A stretch of DNA of 60,936 bases, counting the filler. It is 5 parts of 5 records of this genome, joined end to end, with 100 filler letters (N's around TTAATTAATTAA, not from the genome) between each part and the next. Parts side by side here need not be neighbours in the genome. Positions count along the whole stretch, not along the records: positions 47,019 to 60,936 come from SRR31147125_8072; 4 more parts are not named here. One strand, 5' to 3'. The notes beneath the pieces were generated by a model. That model was not told the DNA's origin and did not search any database. It was given only the letters and a program-made list of their open reading frames with translations. This document shows, piece by piece, positions 50,610-60,616 of the stretch; position 1 is the first letter of the stretch; the number at the start of each line of letters is the position of its first letter. Made by a program: the position numbers and the translations under genes.

Positions 50610-50668
50610 AAACCGATTAGAAAGCTTAGAAGAGAGTTTAAACTCTTGCTTGTAATCGGTTTTGTTTT
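50610..50668 (+). terminator. terminator of the riboswitch expression platform
   Basis: AAACCGATTA...TAATCGGTTT followed by TGTTTT, upstream of the RBS. Confidence 0.65.
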
Positions 50669-50710
50669 ATTTGTATATTTTCATGAAAATTTTATTTAGG
50701 AGGAAATTTT

Positions 50711-52339
50711 GTGAAGAATTACAAGCTTTTAGTTTTATCGTTATGTTTAGTTGGTTTTAGTTTACTTGGAGGGTGTTCAGGAAAAAAAGAGGAAGTGAAA
50801 AATTCCGAGGAAAAGAGTGAAGCAGTAAAAACTCTTAATTTTGTTAATTTTCGAGATATTAGAGACCTAAATCCTCATTTGTATGGTGGAGAGATGTTTG
50901 CACAAAATCTCTTATTTGAGAGTTTGATTAGAATAGCTGATGACGGTAGTTTTGAACCTTGGTTGGCTGAAAGTTATTCGATTTCTGACGATAACTCGAC
51001 TTATGTATTCAAGCTTAGAGAGGATGTAAGCTTTACTGATGGTGAGAAGTTTAATGCAAAAGCAGCTGAAGCGAACATAAACGCTATACTTGCTAACTAC
51101 AAAAGACATTCATGGCTTGAGTCAGTTAAGCTGATGCATAAAATCCAAGAGAATGGTGGAAAACCAGTTGAAGCAACAGGTAAGTATGAGCTTACAATTA
51201 GACTGGGGGAATCATATTATCCATTTTTAGTGGAGCTTGGAGTAACTAGACCATTTAGATTCATTTCACCAAAATCATTTATTGATGGTGGCACAAAGGA
51301 TGGTGTAAGTAGTTTAAGTGGAACAGGTAGGTACATATTAGAGGAAAATAATATTGATGAATATGCAGTATTTGTTGCAAATGAAAATTATTGGGGAACA
51401 AAACCAGAAATTAAAAAAATAGTAACAAAGGTAATGGCTGATAGTCAGGCTAGAACACTTGCACTTAATAGTGGAGAGATTGACCTAATTTACGGAATGA
51501 ATATGCTAAGTGCTGAAACTGTTGATAGTTTTCAAAATAAGTCTGGATTTAAGGTATCGATGTCAAAACCTATCTCTACTAGAATGCTTATGTTAAATAC
51601 TCAGGATGAGATATTAGGGGATTTAAGAGTCCGTCAAGCGCTGGCATATGCAACTGACAAAGTAAAAATATCAGAAGGTCTATTTAACGGAATAGAAGTA
51701 CCAGCAGATACTCTTTTCGCGTCAAATATCCCATACGCAGATTTAGGATTAGAACCATATGAGTTCAAACTAGAGAAAGCAAAGCAACTGCTGGAAGAAG
51801 CAGGTTGGAAAACAAATGCCGGAAATAAGTATAGAGTAAAAGATGGTCAAGAGTTAGAAATTACAATAAATTATGATAGTAATAAAATTACAGATAAATC
51901 GATTGCAGAATTTATGCAAGCTGAGTTAAGCAAAATAGGTGTAAAGATAGTCCTAATGGGTGAGGAAAAACAAGCTTATCAAGACAGGTTAAGAACAAGC
52001 GATTTTGATATTACTTTTAATTATACCTGGGGAACTCCGTATGATCCGCAATCTTTTGTTGGTTCAATGAGAGAATCTGTACATGGCGATTATATGGCAC
52101 AATTAGGGCTAACAAATAAAACTGAGATTGACGAACACATTAGTCAGGCATTAAGAAGTATTAAGGAGAAAGATAGACAAGAACATTATGAATATGTATT
52201 AACAACTCTTCATGAACAAGTTGTCTATATTCCAATAACATACTCTAGAAATATAGCCGTTTATAGTAACAAAGTAGAGAACGTAACATTTAATCCATCG
52301 AAATACGAAATACCAATTGAAAAAATGAATGTAAAATAA
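50711..52339 (+). CDS. NikA/CntA-like substrate-binding lipoprotein, copy 2
   Basis: Lipobox LLGGC; same motifs as copy 1; GTG start with AGGAGG RBS. Confidence 0.9.
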   Translation: MKNYKLLVLSLCLVGFSLLGGCSGKKEEVKNSEEKSEAVKTLNFVNFRDIRDLNPHLYGGEMFAQNLLFESLIRIADDGSFEPWLAESYSISDDNSTYVFKLREDVSFTDGEKFNAKAAEANINAILANYKRHSWLESVKLMHKIQENGGKPVEATGKYELTIRLGESYYPFLVELGVTRPFRFISPKSFIDGGTKDGVSSLSGTGRYILEENNIDEYAVFVANENYWGTKPEIKKIVTKVMADSQARTLALNSGEIDLIYGMNMLSAETVDSFQNKSGFKVSMSKPISTRMLMLNTQDEILGDLRVRQALAYATDKVKISEGLFNGIEVPADTLFASNIPYADLGLEPYEFKLEKAKQLLEEAGWKTNAGNKYRVKDGQELEITINYDSNKITDKSIAEFMQAELSKIGVKIVLMGEEKQAYQDRLRTSDFDITFNYTWGTPYDPQSFVGSMRESVHGDYMAQLGLTNKTEIDEHISQALRSIKEKDRQEHYEYVLTTLHEQVVYIPITYSRNIAVYSNKVENVTFNPSKYEIPIEKMNVK

Positions 52340-52389
52340 AGGTTAGTACTGCTTATTTCGAGGATAATATTGAGGTTTATAATAGAGTA

Positions 52390-52494
52390 GCTTGGAATTT
52401 TTTGTAGGGGCAATGCCTCGTGCTTGCCCTGCTTTACATCTAATTATAAAAAAAGGACACCCACAAGGTGAGCCCCTACAATTAATTTCCAAGT
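52390..52494. repeat. GTAG-type REP doublet (REPIN-like)
   Basis: TGTAGGGGC...GCCCCTACA inverted pair, flanked by CTTGGAA/TTCCAAG. Confidence 0.65.
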
Positions 52495-52520
52495 TTGGTT
52501 ATATAAAGAAAGGAAAAGTA

Positions 52521-53462
52521 ATGAGAAATTATATTATTAAGAGAATACTACTAGCGATACCGATGCTTCTTGCTATATCGTTTATTTCATTTACATTGAC
52601 GACTTTTATACCTTCAGACCCGGCAGAGGTTGCACTAAGGGTAAATGAGATTATTCCCACTGCTGAGGCAGTAGAACAGATGAGAGAAGAGCTGGGATTA
52701 AATGATCCGTTTATAGTTCGCTATGGTAAATGGTTAATTGACTGCGTACAGCTTGATTTGGGTGTATCGTATATAAATAATAATAGAACAGTGACAGATG
52801 AAATATTTAGAAGTTTACCTGCAACACTGAAGTTAGCTTCAATATCATTTATTATGATACTTTTTACAAGTATCCCTATTGGAATCTTTTGCGCTGTATA
52901 TAGAAATAGTTTTTTTGACAGAATAATTAGATTCTTTGTATTTATTGGAACAGCAATGCCGAATTATTGGTTGGGATTATTACTAGCTTGGTTGTTTGCG
53001 TTGAAACTAGGATGGTTCCCAACTAGTGGAGCCGAATCTTTTAAACATTTTATTCTACCTGCTGTGACACTTAGCTTAACTTACATATCAACATATGTGA
53101 GACTTATTAGAAACAGTATGCTTGATAATATGAAAGAGGATTACGTATTTTATGCAAGGGTAAGAGGTTTGAGAAAATCAAATGTAGTGGTAAGACATCT
53201 ATTTAAAAACTCCCTTCATTCAACAATAAATGCACTTGGAATAAGTATCGTTAAACTAATTGCAGGAACATTTGTAATAGAAAATATCTTTGCAATTCCA
53301 GGAATTGGCAGACTCTGTATAACTTCAATATTTAATAGAGATTATCCTGTAATACAAGCCTATATACTTTTGATGGGGGTTCTATTTATCTTTTGTAATT
53401 TAGCAATTGATATAGTTCATGCCTTCCTTGACCCAAGACTAAAAAAAGGAGCGGTGGCATGA
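52521..53462 (+). CDS. nikB: Nik/Opp-type ABC permease B
   Basis: MPNYWLG, ARVRGL and IENIFAIPGIG motifs; start moved to ATG 52521. Confidence 0.9.
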   Translation: MRNYIIKRILLAIPMLLAISFISFTLTTFIPSDPAEVALRVNEIIPTAEAVEQMREELGLNDPFIVRYGKWLIDCVQLDLGVSYINNNRTVTDEIFRSLPATLKLASISFIMILFTSIPIGIFCAVYRNSFFDRIIRFFVFIGTAMPNYWLGLLLAWLFALKLGWFPTSGAESFKHFILPAVTLSLTYISTYVRLIRNSMLDNMKEDYVFYARVRGLRKSNVVVRHLFKNSLHSTINALGISIVKLIAGTFVIENIFAIPGIGRLCITSIFNRDYPVIQAYILLMGVLFIFCNLAIDIVHAFLDPRLKKGAVA

Positions 53463-54283
53463 TGAGAAAAATATTAAAAGATAAAATTGCTGTAATAACT
53501 TTATTAATAATTACAACGGTAATTTTAATGGGAGTCTTTGCTCCTATTTTTGCACCACATGATCCTTTAGAGCAGGATATAATGAACAAATACGCTGAGA
53601 TATCTCGTTCTTTTCCACTTGGAACTGATAATCTAGGCAGATGTATATTCTCCAGGCTAATTTACGGAGTGAGAACTACGATGTTCTTTTCACTATTAAC
53701 TATGTTAGCTACGGTATCTATAGGAACGATTATTGGACTTGTTTCAGGATATTTTGAAGGAATAATAGATGAAATAATCATGAGATTCTGCGATATTATG
53801 CTGTCTTTTCCAAGCCAAGTTATGATTCTTGCAATTGTTGGGATCTTTGGAGTTGGTATCGAAAACGTAATAATTGCAAATATTGTTGTTAAATGGACTT
53901 GGTACGCAAGAATGATTAGAGGAGTTGTTATCAAATACAGAAATAAAAACTTCATGTTATATTCAAAGGCCATAGGAACAAGTAAAAGTTTTGTCGTATT
54001 TAGACACCTGCTGCCAAACGTGTTTTCGGAAATTATCTTACTGTCTACCCTTGATGTTGGTTGGGTAATAATTAATATATCTACACTGTCATTCTTAGGT
54101 TTAGGTGTTCAACCACCAACGCCAGAATGGGGAGCGATGCTTAGTGAAGCAAAAAATGTTATGCTAACACACCCAAATCAAATGATATATCCGGGATTTG
54201 CTATTTTAATAGTTGTTGCCAGCTTTAATCTCTTAGGTGATAGTTTAAGAGATATTCTTGATCCAAAGGAGGCAGAAGCATGA
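53459..54283 (+). CDS. nikC: Nik/Opp-type ABC permease C
   Basis: LGTDNLGR and LSFLGLGVQPPTPEWG motifs. Confidence 0.9.
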   Translation: MMRKILKDKIAVITLLIITTVILMGVFAPIFAPHDPLEQDIMNKYAEISRSFPLGTDNLGRCIFSRLIYGVRTTMFFSLLTMLATVSIGTIIGLVSGYFEGIIDEIIMRFCDIMLSFPSQVMILAIVGIFGVGIENVIIANIVVKWTWYARMIRGVVIKYRNKNFMLYSKAIGTSKSFVVFRHLLPNVFSEIILLSTLDVGWVIINISTLSFLGLGVQPPTPEWGAMLSEAKNVMLTHPNQMIYPGFAILIVVASFNLLGDSLRDILDPKEAEA

Positions 54284-55109
54284 TTTTAGATGTTAAAAAT
54301 TTAAAAGTTGAATATAAGGAGAAAAAAAGAAAGTTACAATTGTAGAAGATATCTCATTTCAACTTTCCGAAAATAGATGCCTTGGAATTGTTGGTGAATC
54401 TGGAAGTGGTAAAAGTATGACTTGGAAAGCATTAACAGGCATTCTAGATGATAATTTTGAAATAAGCGGTGAAGTAAAATTCAAAGGGAAATCACTACTT
54501 AACATGAATAAGAAAGAAAAAAGAGATGTTAGAGGGAAAGATATTACTGTAATTGTGCAAAATCCAATGACAGCCTTTGACCCTCTGTTTAAAATAAAAA
54601 GTCAAATGATTGAGACTTTTAGATCGCACAAAAAAATGTCAAAAAAAGAAGCCTATGCACTTTCGTTAGATATTTTGGAAAGACTAAATCTCCCTAGTCC
54701 AAAGGATTCACTAAATAAATATCCACATGAACTAAGCGGTGGAATGTTACAGAGAATCATGATAGGGATAGCAATTGCTTTAAACCCATCTATGATAATT
54801 GCAGATGAACCAACTACAGCAATTGATACGATCAATCAAGTAGAAGTTATCAGAGAACTGAAAGAGCTTAGAGACAAATTTAAAGTTGCGATGATCTTTA
54901 TATCCCATGACTTAAGTGTAGTACATGAAATTGCAGATGACATTTTGGTTATGGCAAACGGTAAAGTTGCTGAATATGGTTCAGCAGATGAGATTATGAA
55001 CAATCCACAGAGCGAACATACAAAATATTTAGTAAATACTAGGAAAAAACTACTTGATAGATTTGTTGAACATACTGATGGAGGTGGAGATATTGCTTTT
55101 ACAAGTTAA
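54280..55109 (+). CDS. nikD: ABC ATP-binding protein D, frameshift in A7 at 54322-54328
   Basis: ATGA overlap start MILDVKNLKVEY; other frame GIVGESGSGKS, LSGGMLQR, IADEPT. Confidence 0.88.
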
Positions 55110-55833
55110 GAATTTGAATAAAAGTTTCCTCATTCCAGACGGTATTTTTAAAAAATCAAAACATCATGTACTAAAAGATATCTCCCTAGAGATGTTAGAG
55201 GGAGAGTGTCTCGGTATAATTGGTGAATCAGGTAGTGGTAAAAGTACACTTGGCAGACTGATTATGGGAATAGATAAACAGGATAGTGGAGAAATTATTT
55301 TCACTGGTAAATCAAATAGAGATGAATACCAACATGAAACTAGTGTTGTGTTCCAAGATTATTCATCATCAGTTAATCCTAGATTTAGAGTGATTCAAGT
55401 TATTGCAGAGCCACTTAGAAATCAAAACTTATTAAAACAAGAACTTAAAAATAGGGTTATTAGTTTGCTTGAAAAAGTGGGTTTAAGTGAAGAGTATCTC
55501 TATAGATATCCACACGAGTTAAGCGGCGGACAACTTCAAAGAGTGTGTATAGCAAGGGCTATTTCTACCAATCCAAAGTTTATTTTACTTGATGAAGCAG
55601 TTAGTTCGCTTGATGTGTCTGTACAGATGCAGGTTTTGGAATTGTTGATTAAGCTAAAAAAAGAGATGAAACTCTCTTATCTGTTTATTACACATGACCT
55701 GCTTACGATTACATATATTTGTGATAGGATTTTATTTTTCAAAGAGGGCCAGATTATAGAACAAGTTGATGATATTAAAGAGTTAAAGAACGTAAAAAAT
55801 AAATATTCGAAGACACTTTTAGCAAATGTATAG
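55093..55833 (+). CDS. nikE: ABC ATP-binding protein E
   Basis: GESGSGKS, LSGGQLQR, LDEAVSSLD; TTG start after GGAGGTGG. Confidence 0.9.
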   Translation: MLLQVKNLNKSFLIPDGIFKKSKHHVLKDISLEMLEGECLGIIGESGSGKSTLGRLIMGIDKQDSGEIIFTGKSNRDEYQHETSVVFQDYSSSVNPRFRVIQVIAEPLRNQNLLKQELKNRVISLLEKVGLSEEYLYRYPHELSGGQLQRVCIARAISTNPKFILLDEAVSSLDVSVQMQVLELLIKLKKEMKLSYLFITHDLLTITYICDRILFFKEGQIIEQVDDIKELKNVKNKYSKTLLANV

Positions 55834-55912
55834 CTGGAATTTTTTAGGGTAAAATCCATTTTTTCCTATCTTAAGAAACCAAATACAGGACAGAAATGGA
55901 TTCTGTCCTTAT
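55831..55912. repeat. degenerate second REP-like element
   Basis: Shares the TAGC(T)TGGAATTTTTT(G)TAGGG flank with the 52390 element; AGGACAGAA..TTCTGTCCT hairpin. Confidence 0.4.
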
Positions 55913-55973
55913 GAATTGCAATGAGATATATAAATCATAGAAAGCTAAACAATCTAAATACCAGGAGAAGTAA

Positions 55974-56834
55974 ATGAAAAAAAGAGTAGCAATTTTAGTT
56001 AGTAAATATAGATATGAAGAACATTATATAGATGATGTGGTATTAAAAGAAGAGTTAGAAAATAGAGGGTTTAAAGCTGACATTATCAATTGGGATAGTG
56101 CTACTTATGACTTTTCACTAAGTGATTTGGCTATTATTAGATCATGCTGGGATTACGATGAAAGAGTGAATGAATTTATCGAGAGAATTGGTGAGATATC
56201 AAAAGTTACAAAACTGATTAATCCATATACTACAGTAGTGGAGAATAGTAATAAGCTATATTTAAAGAAAATAGAGGAAAAAGGAATTCCTGTTGTGAAA
56301 ACAGAATTTTTATGTGGTGTCGATGGTGTTTGTCAGTCCTTAGCTAAAATTGGTTCTGAGAAAGTCATTGTTAAGCCATCTGTTAGTGCAAGTGGGAAAA
56401 ACACGCATAGATTCCATATTGGTGACCCCGATATACATAATACTGTTGAAGAGTTGAGTAATCATAGTGAAGTTATTATTCAGCCATATATATCGTCAAT
56501 TGAAGATGTTGGCGAAAAATCGACAGTAGTTATAAATGGTGAGATTGTTTATACAATGAAAAAAACACCCGCTGAGGGAGGTTTCCTAGTGCATACCCAC
56601 AAAGGTGGAACTTATACTCCATCAGAGGTTGAAGAGAAAGATATGCCATTTCTTAATAAAGTTATAGAAAATCTACCTGAAAAAACTGCTTATGTGAGAA
56701 TTGATTATCTTTTTGATGAAAACAAGCAAGCAATTCTCCTTGAACTAGAAATGATTGAACCAAATTTATACCTAAATATTAATAAGAAGGGCCTACATAA
56801 TCTATGCGATTATATAGAAAGTGCTCTTAGCTAA
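55974..56834 (+). CDS. ATP-grasp enzyme, DcsG/RimK-like
   Basis: DLAIIRSCWDY, NSNKLYL, VKPSVSASG, IIQPY, YVRID and LELEMIEPNLYL motifs. Confidence 0.85.
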   Translation: MKKRVAILVSKYRYEEHYIDDVVLKEELENRGFKADIINWDSATYDFSLSDLAIIRSCWDYDERVNEFIERIGEISKVTKLINPYTTVVENSNKLYLKKIEEKGIPVVKTEFLCGVDGVCQSLAKIGSEKVIVKPSVSASGKNTHRFHIGDPDIHNTVEELSNHSEVIIQPYISSIEDVGEKSTVVINGEIVYTMKKTPAEGGFLVHTHKGGTYTPSEVEEKDMPFLNKVIENLPEKTAYVRIDYLFDENKQAILLELEMIEPNLYLNINKKGLHNLCDYIESALS

Positions 56835-56884
56835 AAAAATGTCGTTTTATCTAATTACACTAATTAGATAAAACGACATTTTTT
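56834..56884. terminator. perfect 24-bp hairpin, operon terminator
   Basis: AAAAAATGTCGTTTTATCTAATTA-CAC-TAATTAGATAAAACGACATTTTTT. Confidence 0.8.
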
Positions 56885-57011
56885 GTATTTTATATTAATT
56901 GACATTTTTAGAGTTATCTCAAAGGAAACGTGAGTTAAATATCGTATAATAAAAGTGGGAGAAAATATGGGGATTTTTCTAAAATATAGTGGTGTGATAG
57001 GGGTGGTTTTA

Positions 57012-58460
57012 GTGATTAAAAAGCTAGGGGATTTAAGGATTTCGCAAAGAATAGCAGCTTTAGCGGTAGTAAATATTTTAATGTTATTATCTATTTCATT
57101 GTCTATATTATTGAATAAAGGTATCAATAGAAATAGTGTGATAACTTTGACAGCTATATTTGTTCTTTTGGAGCTAGGGCTATCATATTGGATATCGACT
57201 AGTATAACGAATCCACTAAAAGAGTTCCAAAAACTAATGGCTAATATGGCAATGGGAGATTTGACAAAACACTATGAACTTAAAAAAGTCAACTGTTCAG
57301 ATATTATGGACTGTGGGAATGAAGATTGCCCTGATTTCTGCAAAGATGATGTACTGTGTTGGTTTGATGTTGGAAGTTACGCGCCGGAATTTGGCTATGA
57401 GGTACATTGCCCCAAAATATCAAACGGAATTTATAAAAGCTGTAAAGACTGTAAAGTTTATAAGAAAGTAGTGAGAAATGAGATGACTGAACTTGGAGCC
57501 TGGTATAATAAAGTTCTAAGAGTGTTAAAACAAGATATGATTAACATTAATGAGACTAGTATTTCTCTTGCTTCAGCAGCTGAGCAACTATCTAGTGGAA
57601 TGAAAACTATGGTAGATGGCGCAATGAGTCAAGCACATGAGTCAAAAAATCTTGAGAATGATGTTGATAGCCTAAATACTAAAATGAGTGAAGTATTAGA
57701 TAATATTCGAGATCAGTCAGCTTCAATTCAGCAAACATCAAGTACTTTAACGGAAATTACTGATTCAATTAATAGATTATTTAAAAACACAGAAAATGCC
57801 CAAAAGATATCTACAGAAACATTTGGTTCTGCCAAAATTGGAGAAGATTCTATTAAACAATCAACTAATAGTATAAAAGATATAGGAAATTTGGTTTCAG
57901 GTGTTGAGGAAACTACAAATACTATTAGTGGAATTTCTGAACAAACGAACTTATTAGCATTAAATGCCGCTATTGAGGCAGCGAGAGCAGGTGAAGCCGG
58001 TAGAGGATTTGCGATTGTTGCAGATGAGGTAAGGAAATTAGCCGAATTAACATCAGAATCAGCTCAAAGTATAGCCGATTTATTATTAAAAGCGAAAATA
58101 AACATGAATACTAATTTTACTTTGGCAGAAGATTCATTAAGTAAAATAGGGGATATTATTATCAAAGTTGAAATGACAAATAAAGAGATAAAAAATGTAT
58201 CTGAGATTATGGGAGATCAAGTTACTAACATTGAGGAGATATCGAAAGCTGTGTATAATATTGCTGAAGGTAGTAGTAATGTTGAAAGTATCTCTCTAGA
58301 GCAGGTGGAGGTCTTTGATAAAGTAAAAAGTCGTGTTATAAATATTTCAGATGTTTGCGAGCAATCATCTGCCATAACTGAGCAAAGTTTTGCAGTTGCT
58401 CAAAATATGGCATCAATTGCAGATGAACTAAAAGATCTAGCAGCTAAATTTAAATATTGA
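57012..58460 (+). CDS. methyl-accepting chemotaxis protein with a Cys-rich insert in HAMP
   Basis: [35 protein letters not shown]; two adjacent TMs; GTG start estimated. Confidence 0.92.
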   Translation: MIKKLGDLRISQRIAALAVVNILMLLSISLSILLNKGINRNSVITLTAIFVLLELGLSYWISTSITNPLKEFQKLMANMAMGDLTKHYELKKVNCSDIMDCGNEDCPDFCKDDVLCWFDVGSYAPEFGYEVHCPKISNGIYKSCKDCKVYKKVVRNEMTELGAWYNKVLRVLKQDMININETSISLASAAEQLSSGMKTMVDGAMSQAHESKNLENDVDSLNTKMSEVLDNIRDQSASIQQTSSTLTEITDSINRLFKNTENAQKISTETFGSAKIGEDSIKQSTNSIKDIGNLVSGVEETTNTISGISEQTNLLALNAAIEAARAGEAGRGFAIVADEVRKLAELTSESAQSIADLLLKAKINMNTNFTLAEDSLSKIGDIIIKVEMTNKEIKNVSEIMGDQVTNIEEISKAVYNIAEGSSNVESISLEQVEVFDKVKSRVINISDVCEQSSAITEQSFAVAQNMASIADELKDLAAKFKY

Positions 58461-58473
58461 TTCTTGTAATTAA

Positions 58474-58520
58474 ATAAAAAGAGCCTTCAGTTAGTCTATT
58501 TAACTAAAGGCTCTTTTTTA
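58474..58520. terminator. bidirectional terminator
   Basis: AAAAAGAGCCTT...AAGGCTCTTTTT between convergent genes. Confidence 0.8.
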
Positions 58521-58521
58521 T

Positions 58522-58887
58522 TTAAAAAATTATTAAACTTAATAGAGTTAATGTTGCAGGAATTCCCTGTTTTAGGAATACGGATTTACTTGAACTACTA
58601 ATAGATCCATATATACCAGCAACTAAAATACATAGAGCAAAATAAATAGCGATATTTTTGCTCCATACTGGATTTGGGATAAATATGCTCCACAACAATC
58701 CAACTGCTAGAAATCCATTATATAAGCCTTGATTTGCTGCTAACATCGTTGTTTTTTCAAACATATCTTCAGGAATAGATTTAAAAGTTTCCTTTCCCTT
58801 CGTAGTCCATGCAAACATCTCAATCCACAAAATATACATATGTTCAAAAGCCAATAAACCGACTAGTATTTTAGATATTGTAGACAT
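58522..58887 (-). CDS. DUF1304 membrane protein
   Basis: EHMYILWIEMF and LAANQGLYNGFLA motifs. Confidence 0.88.
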   Translation of the reverse strand: MSTISKILVGLLAFEHMYILWIEMFAWTTKGKETFKSIPEDMFEKTTMLAANQGLYNGFLAVGLLWSIFIPNPVWSKNIAIYFALCILVAGIYGSISSSSKSVFLKQGIPATLTLLSLIIF

Positions 58888-58902
58888 ATAGTTTCCTCCT
58901 AT

Positions 58903-59652
58903 TTATAATTTAAAAATCATTTTATTCTCTAATGAGCTAACTCCTTCTGGCGAATGAGTAGACAGATAAACTGTATCATTGGCTTTTACAAAGTTTCTAA
59001 CTCTATCTAGAGTATCTCTAGCTTGCTCTTTGTCTTCGAATACTAACGAAAGCTCTCCTCGTCTCAATGCCTCATCAGTATATGTTACATCTCCATGAAA
59101 CATGTAATGTAAGTTTTCAGATTCAGCTACTACAATTGAGTTACCTTTTGTATGTCCATATGCAGGTAGCATTCTTATTCCATCAGCAATTATTTCGCTA
59201 CTATCAAAGTTTTTGTATTTTCCATCTTTGAAGTTAACTTTGTTAACATTATCGCCATGTAGGTTTAAAGCTTCTGCTTCAATTTCTGATACGTAAATCT
59301 TAGCATGATCAAACAATCTAAGCTCTCCACTATGATCAGGATGTTTATGAGTAAGTATTACTTTATCGATATCCTCTACTTTATATCCTTCGTTTTCTAA
59401 GGCTTCCACAAAATTAGCAATTTTATTCCCTGTATAGATTTTAGCACCCTCTTTTTTCGGCATATCAGGAGTCTGGATAGGTAAGCCAGTATCAACTAAA
59501 ATAAGCTCTTGACCATTATCAATTAGGAAATTTTGTAAACTTGAAGGATATGTTTTTTCCATATCAATGCTTTCTTTTGAAGCACTTCCTCCAAATGCAA
59601 ACTCTTCTGTCATAAATCCATTTTCATAAAATTTTAATGCCTTGATTTTCAT
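58903..59652 (-). CDS. metallo-beta-lactamase-fold hydrolase (AHL-lactonase-like)
   Basis: LVDTG, THKHPDH, GHT, HGD and STH motifs; start ATG 59652 with GGGAGG RBS. Confidence 0.9.
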   Translation of the reverse strand: MKIKALKFYENGFMTEEFAFGGSASKESIDMEKTYPSSLQNFLIDNGQELILVDTGLPIQTPDMPKKEGAKIYTGNKIANFVEALENEGYKVEDIDKVILTHKHPDHSGELRLFDHAKIYVSEIEAEALNLHGDNVNKVNFKDGKYKNFDSSEIIADGIRMLPAYGHTKGNSIVVAESENLHYMFHGDVTYTDEALRRGELSLVFEDKEQARDTLDRVRNFVKANDTVYLSTHSPEGVSSLENKMIFKL

Positions 59653-59670
59653 ATTATATTCCTCCCGAAC

Positions 59671-59705
59671 ATTAATTGTATAAAATTTAATTTTATACAA
59701 TTAAT
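59671..59705. promoter_or_regulatory. perfect 35-bp palindrome, probable repressor operator
   Basis: ATTAATTGTATAAAATT-T-AATTTTATACAATTAAT just upstream of the MBL RBS. Confidence 0.6.
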
Positions 59706-59959
59706 ATAACACAAGTTTTTATAAAAAGCAATAAATTTTTTGATAACGAACATACATATAAAATGAAAAAATAAGCGTTTTTTAAAAAATATTGATTTTG
59801 CTAGTTTAATTTATAAAATAATATGATATCTTTACAATAATTAAAGAACGTATATATTGTTTTTTTATAGTTATAACCATTGACAAAACTATTTATATTT
59901 GGTAGTATTTTGATAAACGACTTAATTAAATCTACGTTTATTACAAAAAGGAGATCAAA

Positions 59960-60616
59960 ATGAAAAAATTATTACTTTTAGCAACATGTATAGCTTTAGT
60001 TTCATGTGACAGTTCTGATGATGAAGAGACTACTATTACTACAAGTCTAGCTACAACAAATAGGAATTCTTTTATTCAATATTGGGATGGAAAAATCATT
60101 GAAGGCTCAACAGTGAAGGCTACTATCGTAGATAGTGACGAAGCACTTCTATCACTTTCGGATGGTACTAAAACTTACGAAGACCATTATCAATTTCAAG
60201 AGAATGGTTTGATCGATGCATATACAACTTCTTATGCAGAAACTTATTACACCTATATTGATTCTGGAATTAAAACAGTTACTTCATTTGTACTTGAAGA
60301 CACAACTTCTTCAGATTATTTTGATTCTTTAGATACTGAATTATTTAGTAATTTTAATATTTCTACAACAACTTGTAGTCATTCAGAGATAGAATTCAAA
60401 CTAGATAATACTACAAAAGCATACGTAATCAATTTTACTAATGATTCTTATCTAGATGTATATGAAGCTGATCTTGCAACTTACAATTCAGCTCATATAA
60501 CTATCGACGGTGAAGAAGTGCTTAAATTAAATTATGTAAGAGAAAATTTTAATTTAATAATTGATAATGCTTCAAAGGATGAAATAATTATTTTACTAAA
60601 AGCATATTTAAAATAA
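59960..60616 (+). CDS. hypothetical lipoprotein
   Basis: AAGGAG RBS, lipobox ALVSC. Confidence 0.8.
   Translation: MKKLLLLATCIALVSCDSSDDEETTITTSLATTNRNSFIQYWDGKIIEGSTVKATIVDSDEALLSLSDGTKTYEDHYQFQENGLIDAYTTSYAETYYTYIDSGIKTVTSFVLEDTTSSDYFDSLDTELFSNFNISTTTCSHSEIEFKLDNTTKAYVINFTNDSYLDVYEADLATYNSAHITIDGEEVLKLNYVRENFNLIIDNASKDEIIILLKAYLK

Noticed and set aside
54321-54330. Programmed -1 frameshift (A AAA AAG) in nikD
   Set aside because: Zero-frame codons are AAA AAA AGA, not AAA AAG; no stimulatory structure; similar errors occur elsewhere in the window.
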